From positions 235,508-299,507 of the forward strand of contig JBMFSQ010000002.1 in NCBI GenBank assembly GCA_049967475.1: 64,000 nucleotides of DNA. The letters are read 5' to 3'. Under the pieces are notes generated by a model, which made no database searches, was not told the origin of the DNA, and worked only from the letters and a program-made list of their open reading frames with translations. The position numbers and the translations under genes are program-made. Below are positions 56,319 to 64,000 of the stretch, piece by piece (position 1 is the first letter of the stretch; every line of letters begins with the position of its first letter). Source of the DNA: Chthonomonadales bacterium. Lineage in GTDB: Bacteria > Armatimonadota > Chthonomonadetes > Chthonomonadales > CAJBBX01.

Positions 56319-56681
56319 TCATGTACGGCCCTCGACGCTCTGACCAATCCACAAGCGGTTTCCGTCGGGATCCTCCATGCGGAATTCCAACATCCCGTAG
56401 AAGGTAACCTCCAGATCCGGAGCAGCGAGGCCGTTCCCCCGAACTTGCTGGTGATACTCGGCTATGTTATCGGGATATAGGTAAAGCACGGCATCGCGCG
56501 GACTATCTGGATGGGCGTTGATGGACCGGTCCAGCATGAGGCGGCAATCACCGCAGCGGAGCCTTGCCCAGCCCCACTCATCGTTCCTTACCTCCACCAG
56601 AAAGCCAAGCTTTTGGTAGAAGGCGACACTTTCAGACAAATCGCGCACGGGAAGCATGGGGACGACCTGGTTCAATTTCAT
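56319..56681 (-). CDS. VOC family (bleomycin-resistance-like) protein
   Basis: PMLPVRDL..S.AFY..LGF and YGMLEF..EDPDGN. AGGAGG RBS. Confidence 0.88.
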   Translation of the reverse strand: MKLNQVVPMLPVRDLSESVAFYQKLGFLVEVRNDEWGWARLRCGDCRLMLDRSINAHPDSPRDAVLYLYPDNIAEYHQQVRGNGLAAPDLEVTFYGMLEFRMEDPDGNRLWIGQSVEGRT

Positions 56682-56997
56682 GGGGAACTCCTCCTATGCG
56701 GCAATCCGTTGTCCTTTTTGCGTGAAGCCGTACGCCGCATGGCCGCATCCGGGCTATTGTACACCACGGAGCGGTGCCTTCCGCCGAAGTATTGCCGATG
56801 GGTTCCTCGCCCAAGCGGTTCGCCTACCTGGGCAAGGTGCCGGGCGCGCAGGTACTCCCCAACGGCCCGCAGAACGCGCACGCCGGCTTCGCCGCGGCAA
56901 ACCGCGTTACTTAAGCAGGTGAAGCCGCCCGCACTGTCGTATGTTTGAAGAGGTATGTTGCCATTCGGTGCCATGGGCGTGCCGACATGTCAAAGTG

Positions 56998-58326
56998 ATG
57001 AGATCCTTTCCCTTCGGAAATGCGGCGCTGAGCCTCCTGATCCTCTCCGTCCTCACGGGCGGATGGCTTGCTTCGCACGCACCTCCCCGCCGCACTGCAA
57101 CGCTGGTTTTCTGGACCTTTGCCCGGCAGCATTATGATGCGTATCTCAGGGCTATACCCGCTTTTGAAGCAGAACACCCTGGTGTTACCGTACAGTTGCA
57201 GCTTGTGTCCAATACGGCCCTTGCATCGCGACTGCAGGCAGCTATGCTTGCCGATGTGGATGTGCCGGACATGGTGGAAATCGAAATCAGCTCGGCGGGA
57301 ACATTCTTTCGGGGTCCGCTGAAGGATGTGGGCTTTGTGGACCTCACCGAGCGCATCCATAAGAGTGGCTTGTGGGACGGAATGGTGCGTGCCCGCTTCG
57401 CGCCCTACACGAGCCGCGGGCACATCTTCGGGCTCCCCCATGACGTGCACCCCGTGCAGCTCGCCTATCGCCGGGATATCCTGGAAAAGGAAGGGGTGGA
57501 TGTTTCCAAGATCCGAACTTGGGACGACTTCATCCGCGTGGGCCGCAAGCTCACCATCCCCAACAAACGGTACATGATCGAGTTATCCGACGGGGATCCC
57601 TCCAACCTGGAGATGTGCCTGTTCCAGCGCGATGGCGGGTACTTCGATCCCCAGGGTCACTGCATCTTCGACAACGAAACCGCGGTGCAAACCATGCTCT
57701 GGTATGTGCCGCTCGTCGCAGGGCCGCACAGGATCGGCAACAACCTCGGTGGCGGCCAGATCCTGACCCGAGCGGTGGAGGATGGCTACCTCCTTTGCCT
57801 CGTATGCCCGGATTGGCGTTCAAAATCCATCGAGACCGATATTCCCCGCATGGCGGGGAAGATGGCCCTCATGCCTTTGCCTGCGGTGACGTCGGGAGGC
57901 CGACGCACAAGCACTTGGGGAGGCACCATGTTGGGCATCACGAAGAAATGTCGCCATCCGGACCTCGCGTGGGCGCTGGCTATGCACCTCTATTTGGACA
58001 AGGCCCAGCTTGCCCAACGCTTCCGCGACACCAATATTCTGCCTGCTCTCCGAAGCGCCTGGGACCAACCCTCCTTCAAGGAGCCGCGCAGCTATTGGAG
58101 CGGCCAACCCCTCGGGTTGCTTTACTCACGGCTGGCGCCGCACGTGCCGTTCCAGTACACCAGTCCATTCATTGCGACGGCCAAAGCGAAATTGGGCGAG
58201 GCCCTGGTGAGCTGCGTGCAGTATTACAGCCGGCACGGGGATGCAGGCTTCGAGGGCTTCGTTCGTGCGAAACTCAAGGAGAAGGCCGACGATGTGCGTC
58301 GCCTCATCGCCCGTAACCCTTATTGA
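56998..58326 (+). CDS. Sugar ABC transporter substrate-binding protein
   Basis: N-terminal hydrophobic anchor, LVFWTF, FEAEHPGV.V, PD, GLPHD, YRRDI and WGGT. Confidence 0.88.
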   Translation: MRSFPFGNAALSLLILSVLTGGWLASHAPPRRTATLVFWTFARQHYDAYLRAIPAFEAEHPGVTVQLQLVSNTALASRLQAAMLADVDVPDMVEIEISSAGTFFRGPLKDVGFVDLTERIHKSGLWDGMVRARFAPYTSRGHIFGLPHDVHPVQLAYRRDILEKEGVDVSKIRTWDDFIRVGRKLTIPNKRYMIELSDGDPSNLEMCLFQRDGGYFDPQGHCIFDNETAVQTMLWYVPLVAGPHRIGNNLGGGQILTRAVEDGYLLCLVCPDWRSKSIETDIPRMAGKMALMPLPAVTSGGRRTSTWGGTMLGITKKCRHPDLAWALAMHLYLDKAQLAQRFRDTNILPALRSAWDQPSFKEPRSYWSGQPLGLLYSRLAPHVPFQYTSPFIATAKAKLGEALVSCVQYYSRHGDAGFEGFVRAKLKEKADDVRRLIARNPY

Positions 58327-58341
58327 TGCGGAGCACCCAAT

Positions 58342-59322
58342 ATGAAAGGGAGCGTTGCGCAGCCTGCGGCCCGAAGCAGCCGCGCACCCGCACCCGGAGG
58401 CCGGCGCCTCGCGACAGGGCAGCGAGTGGCGCCCTACCTGTTTGTGGCTCCCTTCGTGATCACCTTCGGGCTCTTCGGAGCTTGGCCGCTTCTGAAGAGC
58501 CTGGTCCTCGCCTTCTACGCCACCAACGGCCCCAAAAGTCAGGTGTTCGTAGGCTGGGCCAACTTCCGCTTCCTTTTCGCCGATCCGGATTTCCACAAAG
58601 CCGTTTGGAACACATCCGTGTTCGCCTTCTGGTCTGTCTTCCTCCAGCTACCTTTGGCCCTGGGACTGGCAATCCTGTTGAGCAGACCATGGCTGCGAGG
58701 CCGAGAGGTTTTCCGCCTCATTTTCTTCTCTCCCAACCTGCTGGGGCAGGTTTTCGTGGGCGTCCTCTTCAGCGTGCTCTTTATTCCGCAATACGGCCTC
58801 CTCAACAGGGCGCTTCATGCATTGACGTCTATTCCGCCTTTGCACATCTTCGGCCAAGTTCCCCTGGATACAAAGTGGTTATCCAATCCCTCCCTCGTGA
58901 TGCCCGCCATAGTCCTTACGTCCCTTTGGATGTATGTAGGCTTCAACATGATCTACTTCCTGGCGGCCCTCCAAGCGGTGGATCGCGACCTCTACGAGGC
59001 TGCCATTGTAGACGGTGCGGGCCCGTGGCACCAATTTTGGGCGGTCACACTTCCCGGCATCAAGCCGGTGGCCGTCTTTGTGCTGGTTACTGCTACCATC
59101 GGTTCCTTCCAGCTCTTCGAGCTGCCTTATCTACTTCTCAACAACACGGCTGGTCCGAATAACGCCGGTCTTACCGTAGTCATGTATCTTTACGACCGCG
59201 GCTTCCAGATAGGGGATTTGGGTTACGCGTCCGCCGTGGGGTGGACGCTCGCTGCCGCCGTGCTCCTCATCAGCCTGGCACAGATGAAGATGACCGGCGC
59301 CTTCAGGAGCACCGGGGAATGA
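58342..59322 (+). CDS. Carbohydrate ABC transporter permease
   Basis: YLFVAP, FVGWANF and the EAA loop LYEAAIVDGAG..HQFW.VTLP. Confidence 0.93.
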   Translation: MKGSVAQPAARSSRAPAPGGRRLATGQRVAPYLFVAPFVITFGLFGAWPLLKSLVLAFYATNGPKSQVFVGWANFRFLFADPDFHKAVWNTSVFAFWSVFLQLPLALGLAILLSRPWLRGREVFRLIFFSPNLLGQVFVGVLFSVLFIPQYGLLNRALHALTSIPPLHIFGQVPLDTKWLSNPSLVMPAIVLTSLWMYVGFNMIYFLAALQAVDRDLYEAAIVDGAGPWHQFWAVTLPGIKPVAVFVLVTATIGSFQLFELPYLLLNNTAGPNNAGLTVVMYLYDRGFQIGDLGYASAVGWTLAAAVLLISLAQMKMTGAFRSTGE

Positions 59323-60146
59323 GCGGATGGTGGCGAATACTTCTGGGCCGCGCCATCACGTACCTAGTCCTGGGACTGGGGGCTGCAGCCACCCTAACGC
59401 CCGCAGTGTGGCTGGTGGCGGCCACCACCAAGCGCCCGGACGACCTTTTCCACTATACATTCTTTGCCCCCCGCATGAGCTTTTCCAACTTCGCGAGCTT
59501 GTTCCGGACGGTTCCGTTCCACCGGTATATGATCAACAGCGTATTCGTCGCAAGCACCACGGCGATCGTACAACTCTTTCTATCCTCGCTGGCAGGCTTC
59601 GCCCTGGCCAAATACGAATTTTGCGGGAAGAAGCCTCTTATGATCCTGATGTTGGCCACCATGATGATCCCAGGCCAGGTGGTGATGGCGCCCCTTTACG
59701 AACTCCTCTACCGTCTTCATTTTGTGGACACCTACCAGGGGCTGATTGTCCCCGGCGCCGTAAGCGTCTTCGGCATCTTTCTCTTTCGCCAAAGCATCCT
59801 GCAGACGCCGGACGAGCTGCTCCACGCCGCCCGCATAGACGGGTGCTCGGAATTCCGGATTTATTGGAACATCGTCATGCCGGTATCCAAACCCATGATC
59901 GGTGCCTTCTGCCTGATCAGCTTCATGGGCTCATGGAACAGCTTCTTGTGGCCGCAAATCATGCTGCATCATTCGGAGAGGTTCACGTTGCCCATCGCCC
60001 TCAACCAACTCGTGGGCATTTACCAACAACAGTACGGGATGCTCATGGCGGGGACACTGCTGAGCGTTCTGCCCGTAGTGATCCTATTCCTGCTGCTCCA
60101 AAGAGAATTCGTAGCGGGCCTCACCGCTGGGGCTGTGAAGGGGTAA
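59319..60146 (+). CDS. Carbohydrate ABC transporter permease
   Basis: AGFALAK, ELLHAARIDG, WNSFLWP and C-terminal GAVKG. ATGA overlap with the upstream permease. Confidence 0.93.
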   Translation: MSGWWRILLGRAITYLVLGLGAAATLTPAVWLVAATTKRPDDLFHYTFFAPRMSFSNFASLFRTVPFHRYMINSVFVASTTAIVQLFLSSLAGFALAKYEFCGKKPLMILMLATMMIPGQVVMAPLYELLYRLHFVDTYQGLIVPGAVSVFGIFLFRQSILQTPDELLHAARIDGCSEFRIYWNIVMPVSKPMIGAFCLISFMGSWNSFLWPQIMLHHSERFTLPIALNQLVGIYQQQYGMLMAGTLLSVLPVVILFLLLQREFVAGLTAGAVKG

Positions 60147-60543
60147 CCGCCCATCCGTCAAACGCAGCGGGCCAAGCTACGGGACAGGCGCCCATGACCG
60201 AACGGAGTTTTGCGATCCGCCGGCCACCGCTAAAATAGGCGTGTGATCCAACCTGACGACCAAGACCGGAAGCCTCCAGTGGTGAAGAGGTACGGGCAGG
60301 CGTATGGAGCAGCTAGGCTCTTTTGCTTAGCGGCATCAGCTCGTGCGAGGCGTCGTGGCGGCCGTTGGGGCCATGCCTGCCTGTGGCATCCGGATCGCCG
60401 TGGAACACCTCGGCGCAACACAGATCGGCATGGCGACCGTGAGCGCGTTCAACGGAGTCGCGCGGCCGTCCATGCACGCGCCCATTCCGGCGCCTCACCC
60501 GCCGAAGGCGCCGACATTCCGCCAAAGAGAGGTATGAAGGCAC

Positions 60544-61896
60544 ATGAACAGATTCCACATTGGTTCTTTGGTATTCCTGGTGTGTATCGCCGCCGTTCTG
60601 GCAGCTAGGCCGGCTCCGGCAGGAACGAAGCGTCCGCAGCCGGTCGTTGCGGTGCGCGCGGCTGACTTCTTGGATAGCATCGGTGCGAATTCCGCCGTGT
60701 CCGTGCGTGGAGAGCGCCTGGATCAGACCGTCAAGGCCGTAAGATACCTTGGCCTGCGCTGGATCCGCTCCGGCTATGAAAGCAATCTGCCCGTCGAAGA
60801 CCTGCTCGAGCTCCACCGTCAAACAGGCATCCGCTTCAGCTACGGCCTTGCAAGTGGCGGCACCGACATCCCCCGGCTCTTGGATGGTGCCAGACGCCTT
60901 GCCGCCGCGGGAGCCCTGCTCGCAATCGAGGGGAATAACGAGCCCAACAATTGGGGCGTCACTTACCAAGGAGAAAAAGGAGGCCGGAACCTCTCCTGGC
61001 TGCCCGTGGCCAAGCTCCAAAGGGATCTCTACCAGAGCGTCAAGAAGGACCCAGTTCTTAGGAAATACCCCGTGTGGTCCATCAGCGAAAGCGGCGCAGA
61101 AACCGACAATGTGGGGCTCCAGTTCCTTGCCATCCCCCCAGGCGCGGACACCCTCATGCCTTCCGGCACTCGCTATGCCGACTTCGCAAACTGCCACAAC
61201 TACATGACGCACCCCAACTGGCCAGGGCTCCACGATAACCAGACCTGGGTCGCTGCAGACCCCACATCGGCATGCAAGGTAGATGGCCTCTACGGCAACT
61301 GCGGCCTGACGTGGCTGAAGAAGTTTCGCGGATACACTGAAGCAGAACTTGTGATGCTGCCTAAGGTAACCACAGAGACCGGCGTCACCATCGAGGGCCC
61401 GTTTACCGAGCATGTTCAGGCGCTGCTCTATATGAGCGTGTACTTGTCACAATTCAAGAGAGGATGGAAGCATACCTGTATCTACATATTGCGCGACCGC
61501 TCCGACGAGGCGGGCAATCAGTCCTTCGGCTTTTACACTAAGGATTATGTGCCCCGGCAGGCTGCGCACTACCTTCACAACCTCACCACGATCTTGCACG
61601 ATAGAACATCTCCAGGAGAGCCTGGGAAGCTCGCATACTCCATCCCTGACGAGCCCGCCACCGTCCACGACCTCCTCCTGCAAAAGAGCGACGGCACCTT
61701 CGATCTCGTGATTTGGGGAGAGCGCTTCACCGGAGGTTCGGATGAGGTGCGCGTTCTCTTCGCTCGCCCACTCCCTCAGGTGCGGGTGTACGACCCAACG
61801 GTAGGCACAGAACCCGTAAGAACGTTGCGTGGGATCAGTCGTCTAACCCTTGCAGTAAGCGATCATCCGATCCTCATTGAGGTTGGGCGGCGATAG
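60544..61896 (+). CDS. Secreted putative clan GH-A glycoside hydrolase
   Basis: Signal peptide, DFLDSIG.N, LGLRWIR, EGNNEPNN, N.HNY and TTETG. Confidence 0.78.
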   Translation: MNRFHIGSLVFLVCIAAVLAARPAPAGTKRPQPVVAVRAADFLDSIGANSAVSVRGERLDQTVKAVRYLGLRWIRSGYESNLPVEDLLELHRQTGIRFSYGLASGGTDIPRLLDGARRLAAAGALLAIEGNNEPNNWGVTYQGEKGGRNLSWLPVAKLQRDLYQSVKKDPVLRKYPVWSISESGAETDNVGLQFLAIPPGADTLMPSGTRYADFANCHNYMTHPNWPGLHDNQTWVAADPTSACKVDGLYGNCGLTWLKKFRGYTEAELVMLPKVTTETGVTIEGPFTEHVQALLYMSVYLSQFKRGWKHTCIYILRDRSDEAGNQSFGFYTKDYVPRQAAHYLHNLTTILHDRTSPGEPGKLAYSIPDEPATVHDLLLQKSDGTFDLVIWGERFTGGSDEVRVLFARPLPQVRVYDPTVGTEPVRTLRGISRLTLAVSDHPILIEVGRR

Positions 61897-61930
61897 CGGT
61901 ACTGCTGCCGGCAGGAAAGGGGAAACACCT

Positions 61931-62275
61931 ATGATCCTGCGTGTAACGCTTCTTGCATGCCTCGGGCTCATCGCTCCGGGCCTCTCGAGATTTGGCCCCA
62001 AGAGCTGCATTCTTGAAGGGGACCGCGTCGCCTGGCCCGGTAGGGGACCGCACATTGCTCCTGCGGGGAACCGCGTCATCAGGCTGATGGTCTTCTCCCG
62101 CGGCGTTTGGGGTTTCGACGGCCGAAACGGCCGGGCCTATGAGACGCCGGACAGTGTGCTGACCATGATCGCCGAGCTGAAGCCCAACATCTTGGACCGC
62201 TTCTTCAACGATCCCATCCCAGACCTGAACGCGGCGCTCCCGGCCGCACGGCGGTTCTTGGCGGGTGCCCGCTGA
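61931..62275 (+). CDS. Short secreted hypothetical protein, possibly a truncated remnant
   Basis: AGGGGA RBS and signal-peptide-like N-terminus. The protein ends after 114 aa. Confidence 0.45.
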   Translation: MILRVTLLACLGLIAPGLSRFGPKSCILEGDRVAWPGRGPHIAPAGNRVIRLMVFSRGVWGFDGRNGRAYETPDSVLTMIAELKPNILDRFFNDPIPDLNAALPAARRFLAGAR

Positions 62276-62415
62276 AGCAGGATCCGGTACCGTTAGCCTA
62301 GAAGTGCACCCTGGAAGGCGTTGCTCCAGAAGCCGGCAGGTGCTGCCACCCCGGTGGCGCACTATCACCGGCTCGGCAACTGCTATCCGGCCCTGTAAGA
62401 ACCCGGAGGAAAACC

Positions 62416-63537
62416 ATGAACGCACATCTCTCCCTCGCTGTGGCTACGTGCCTCGTCACCTGCACTCTCGCTTCAGGCGCCCGCGCCGGTGTACCCAAAA
62501 GCCGTCTCGAACGGCTGAAGTCCGGCGTCAACATCACGCGCTGGTTCACGGCTTGGGGCCCCGTCGGCCCCGATCACTATCGAACCTACATCAGCGACGA
62601 CGAATTGGCCATGATGCACAAAATGGGCATCCGGCACGTTCGCCTGTGCTTCTCGCCAGAGTTCCTATACGATCCCGGCAATCCCGCAGAACCTATTCCG
62701 AACCACCTTGCGCTCTACGAAGAAGCGATCCGGCGCATCGAAGCCCACGGCATGGCGGTGGTGGTTGACCCGCACAACACCGTGCAGCCGCGTATCGAGC
62801 AGGACGGGCCATGGCGGGACGGCTTTCCCACCTTCTGGGGTGCGCTCGCCGCGAAGCTAAAGCGCTTCGATCCTGAGAAAACGTTCTTCGAACTCGTCAA
62901 TGAGCCAGTCTTCGACCGGCAGGAAGACCGTTGGTTCGCACTCCAGGAAAAGCTCGTCGCAGCCATCCGCAGGAGCGCGCCTGAGCATACCATCATCTGT
63001 ACCGGGCCGAATTGGGGAGGGATTGACGGTCTGCTCAAGCTCACGCCCCTTGCCGACAGCAACATCGTCTATTCATTCCACTTTTACGATCCGTTCCCGT
63101 TCACGCATCAGGGGGCGACGTGGGCCGGTCGTGTCCCGCCCTTGCTGAAGGGTCTGCCGTATCCTTCAAACCCCCAGGCCGTGGCGGATGTGCTTGCCCG
63201 CACCGATGATGGCGAAGCCAAAGCTTGGATCCGCGATTACGGCGAGAAGCGATGGAACCGAGAGAAGCTTTCCGCACGGCTGGCTCAAGCGTTGGAATGG
63301 GGAAAGAAGTATAACGTGCCGCTCTACTGCGGCGAATTCGGTGTATACCCGCTAAACGCGCCTGCGGCATCCCGGCGCAACTGGTTCCGCGATTTTGCCT
63401 CGGCGCTTCGGGCAAGCGGCATCGGTTATGCTGCGTGGGGGTGGGACGACGTGTTCAGCTTCGGGCGCAGGTTGGTTGGTGGAAAGCCCGTGATTGACAC
63501 GGTGCCCATCGAGCCGCTGGGACTGAAGGAGCCCTAG
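62416..63537 (+). CDS. Secreted GH5 glycoside hydrolase (cellulase family)
   Basis: GGAGG RBS, signal peptide, G.RHVRL, VVDPH, FELVNEP, HFY.P..FTHQGA and CGEFG. Confidence 0.9.
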   Translation: MNAHLSLAVATCLVTCTLASGARAGVPKSRLERLKSGVNITRWFTAWGPVGPDHYRTYISDDELAMMHKMGIRHVRLCFSPEFLYDPGNPAEPIPNHLALYEEAIRRIEAHGMAVVVDPHNTVQPRIEQDGPWRDGFPTFWGALAAKLKRFDPEKTFFELVNEPVFDRQEDRWFALQEKLVAAIRRSAPEHTIICTGPNWGGIDGLLKLTPLADSNIVYSFHFYDPFPFTHQGATWAGRVPPLLKGLPYPSNPQAVADVLARTDDGEAKAWIRDYGEKRWNREKLSARLAQALEWGKKYNVPLYCGEFGVYPLNAPAASRRNWFRDFASALRASGIGYAAWGWDDVFSFGRRLVGGKPVIDTVPIEPLGLKEP

Positions 63538-63954
63538 AGCGGACCCCGATACACCGGTAAAGGCGGCGTCCCGCCGACGCGGCAAGGAAACAAACCGGCT
63601 GACCAGGAGCCTGGAACCGGCCGATCACCGTTTCGGGCCGGCGGCAGCCCAGCATGGGACGAAGGCGCCACGGAACAGCCGATCCCTTACGAACAAGGCT
63701 GCCGAAGAGCCTCTGCGCGAGGCGCCGGGAGGGACCGATGCTTCGCTCCCAGCATCCATTCGCAGACCCGAACGGACACGATGTCGGCCCGTGTGCGGGA
63801 AGGATTCGGAGAGAGAGCGCCGTAGCGGCCGGTCATTGCCGCGTGGGGCTTAGGCTCCCGGCGGATTACTCTCTCCCAGGGGCGAGCAGCAACCGCTTGC
63901 CCGTCGTGTCGTCAGTTGGCGTGGTATAGGCAACGCCGGCAGGTGTATTACCAC

Positions 63955-63983
63955 TTGCCCTTTGCCTGTTGCCGTGTTATAAA
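63955..63983 (+). promoter_or_regulatory. Putative promoter for a gene beyond the window
   Basis: TTGCCC-N17-TATAAA with extended -10 TG. Confidence 0.5.
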
Positions 63984-64000
63984 GGTGGCTGGTGTGATGG

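Noticed and set aside
56319..56681. Glyoxalase I (gloA) call
   Set aside because: The metal-ligand His/Glu residues are not evident; the sequence looks like the bleomycin-binding VOC type.
60147..60543. Possible small gene or pseudogene in the ~400-nt gap (ORFs 60243-60608 and 60343-60537)
   Set aside because: No RBS or recognisable motif, Arg/Ala-rich composition, and the longer ORF overlaps the next gene.
460..61413. Many long antisense or alternate-frame ORFs (e.g. 460-1914 -, 2510-3742 -, 14869-15969 -, 18807-20222 -, 32005-33048 +, 42767-44062 +, 60313-61413 -)
   Set aside because: They shadow well-supported genes, carry no recognisable motifs, and are expected in GC-rich DNA with few stop codons.
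1..64000. CRISPR arrays, IS elements, prophage, rRNA/tRNA and defence systems
   Set aside because: No regularly spaced repeats, transposase, integrase or phage proteins, tRNA cloverleafs or defence-type domains were seen by manual reading. Very short or degenerate elements could have been missed.

Overview
A GC-rich bacterial chromosomal segment (roughly 60-65% GC by eye) with about 52 credible protein-coding genes. I found no rRNA, tRNA, CRISPR array, transposase, integrase or phage gene. The gene mix tentatively suggests an Armatimonadota-like organism; this is inference and could not be checked here. Main blocks: (1) 0.4-18.3 kb, carbohydrate and secreted-protein genes (FGGY kinase, GtrA, beta-helix protein, 4-repeat beta-barrel lipoprotein, xylA, a large HExxH protein, MBL hydrolase, CRTAC1/ASPIC-UnbV protein, beta-propeller protein, UroD-like protein, DUF5060/DUF4038 hydrolase). 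(2) 18.4-25.7 kb, a cell-wall cluster (PBP1A, mrdA, DeoR regulator, glmS), followed by ~400 nt of heavily base-paired intergenic sequence, a stand-alone SecDF-head protein and a clan GH-A hydrolase. (3) 29.8-35.2 kb, minus-strand housekeeping genes (ricT/PSP1, gpsA, M42 peptidase, aspC). (4) 35.3-47.1 kb, a tetrapyrrole operon rex-sirC-hemA-ccsA/hemX-hemC-nadB-M16-M16-cobA/hemD-hemB, with nadB and a secreted M16 peptidase pair translationally coupled inside it and a near-consensus Rex box next to its promoter. (5) 47.2-63.5 kb, three Gfo/Idh/MocA dehydrogenases with a HIT protein and a glycosidase, trpB2, a VOC-MBL-mgsA-membrane protein run, a sugar ABC transporter without ATPase, and two more clan GH-A hydrolases. 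The best candidates for undescribed biology are the Rex/heme/NAD/M16 operon, the structured GGA-rich element downstream of glmS with its SecDF-head neighbour, and several exported proteins with unusual architectures. Many ORF-track starts were trimmed to the codon supported by an RBS or an upstream stop overlap.
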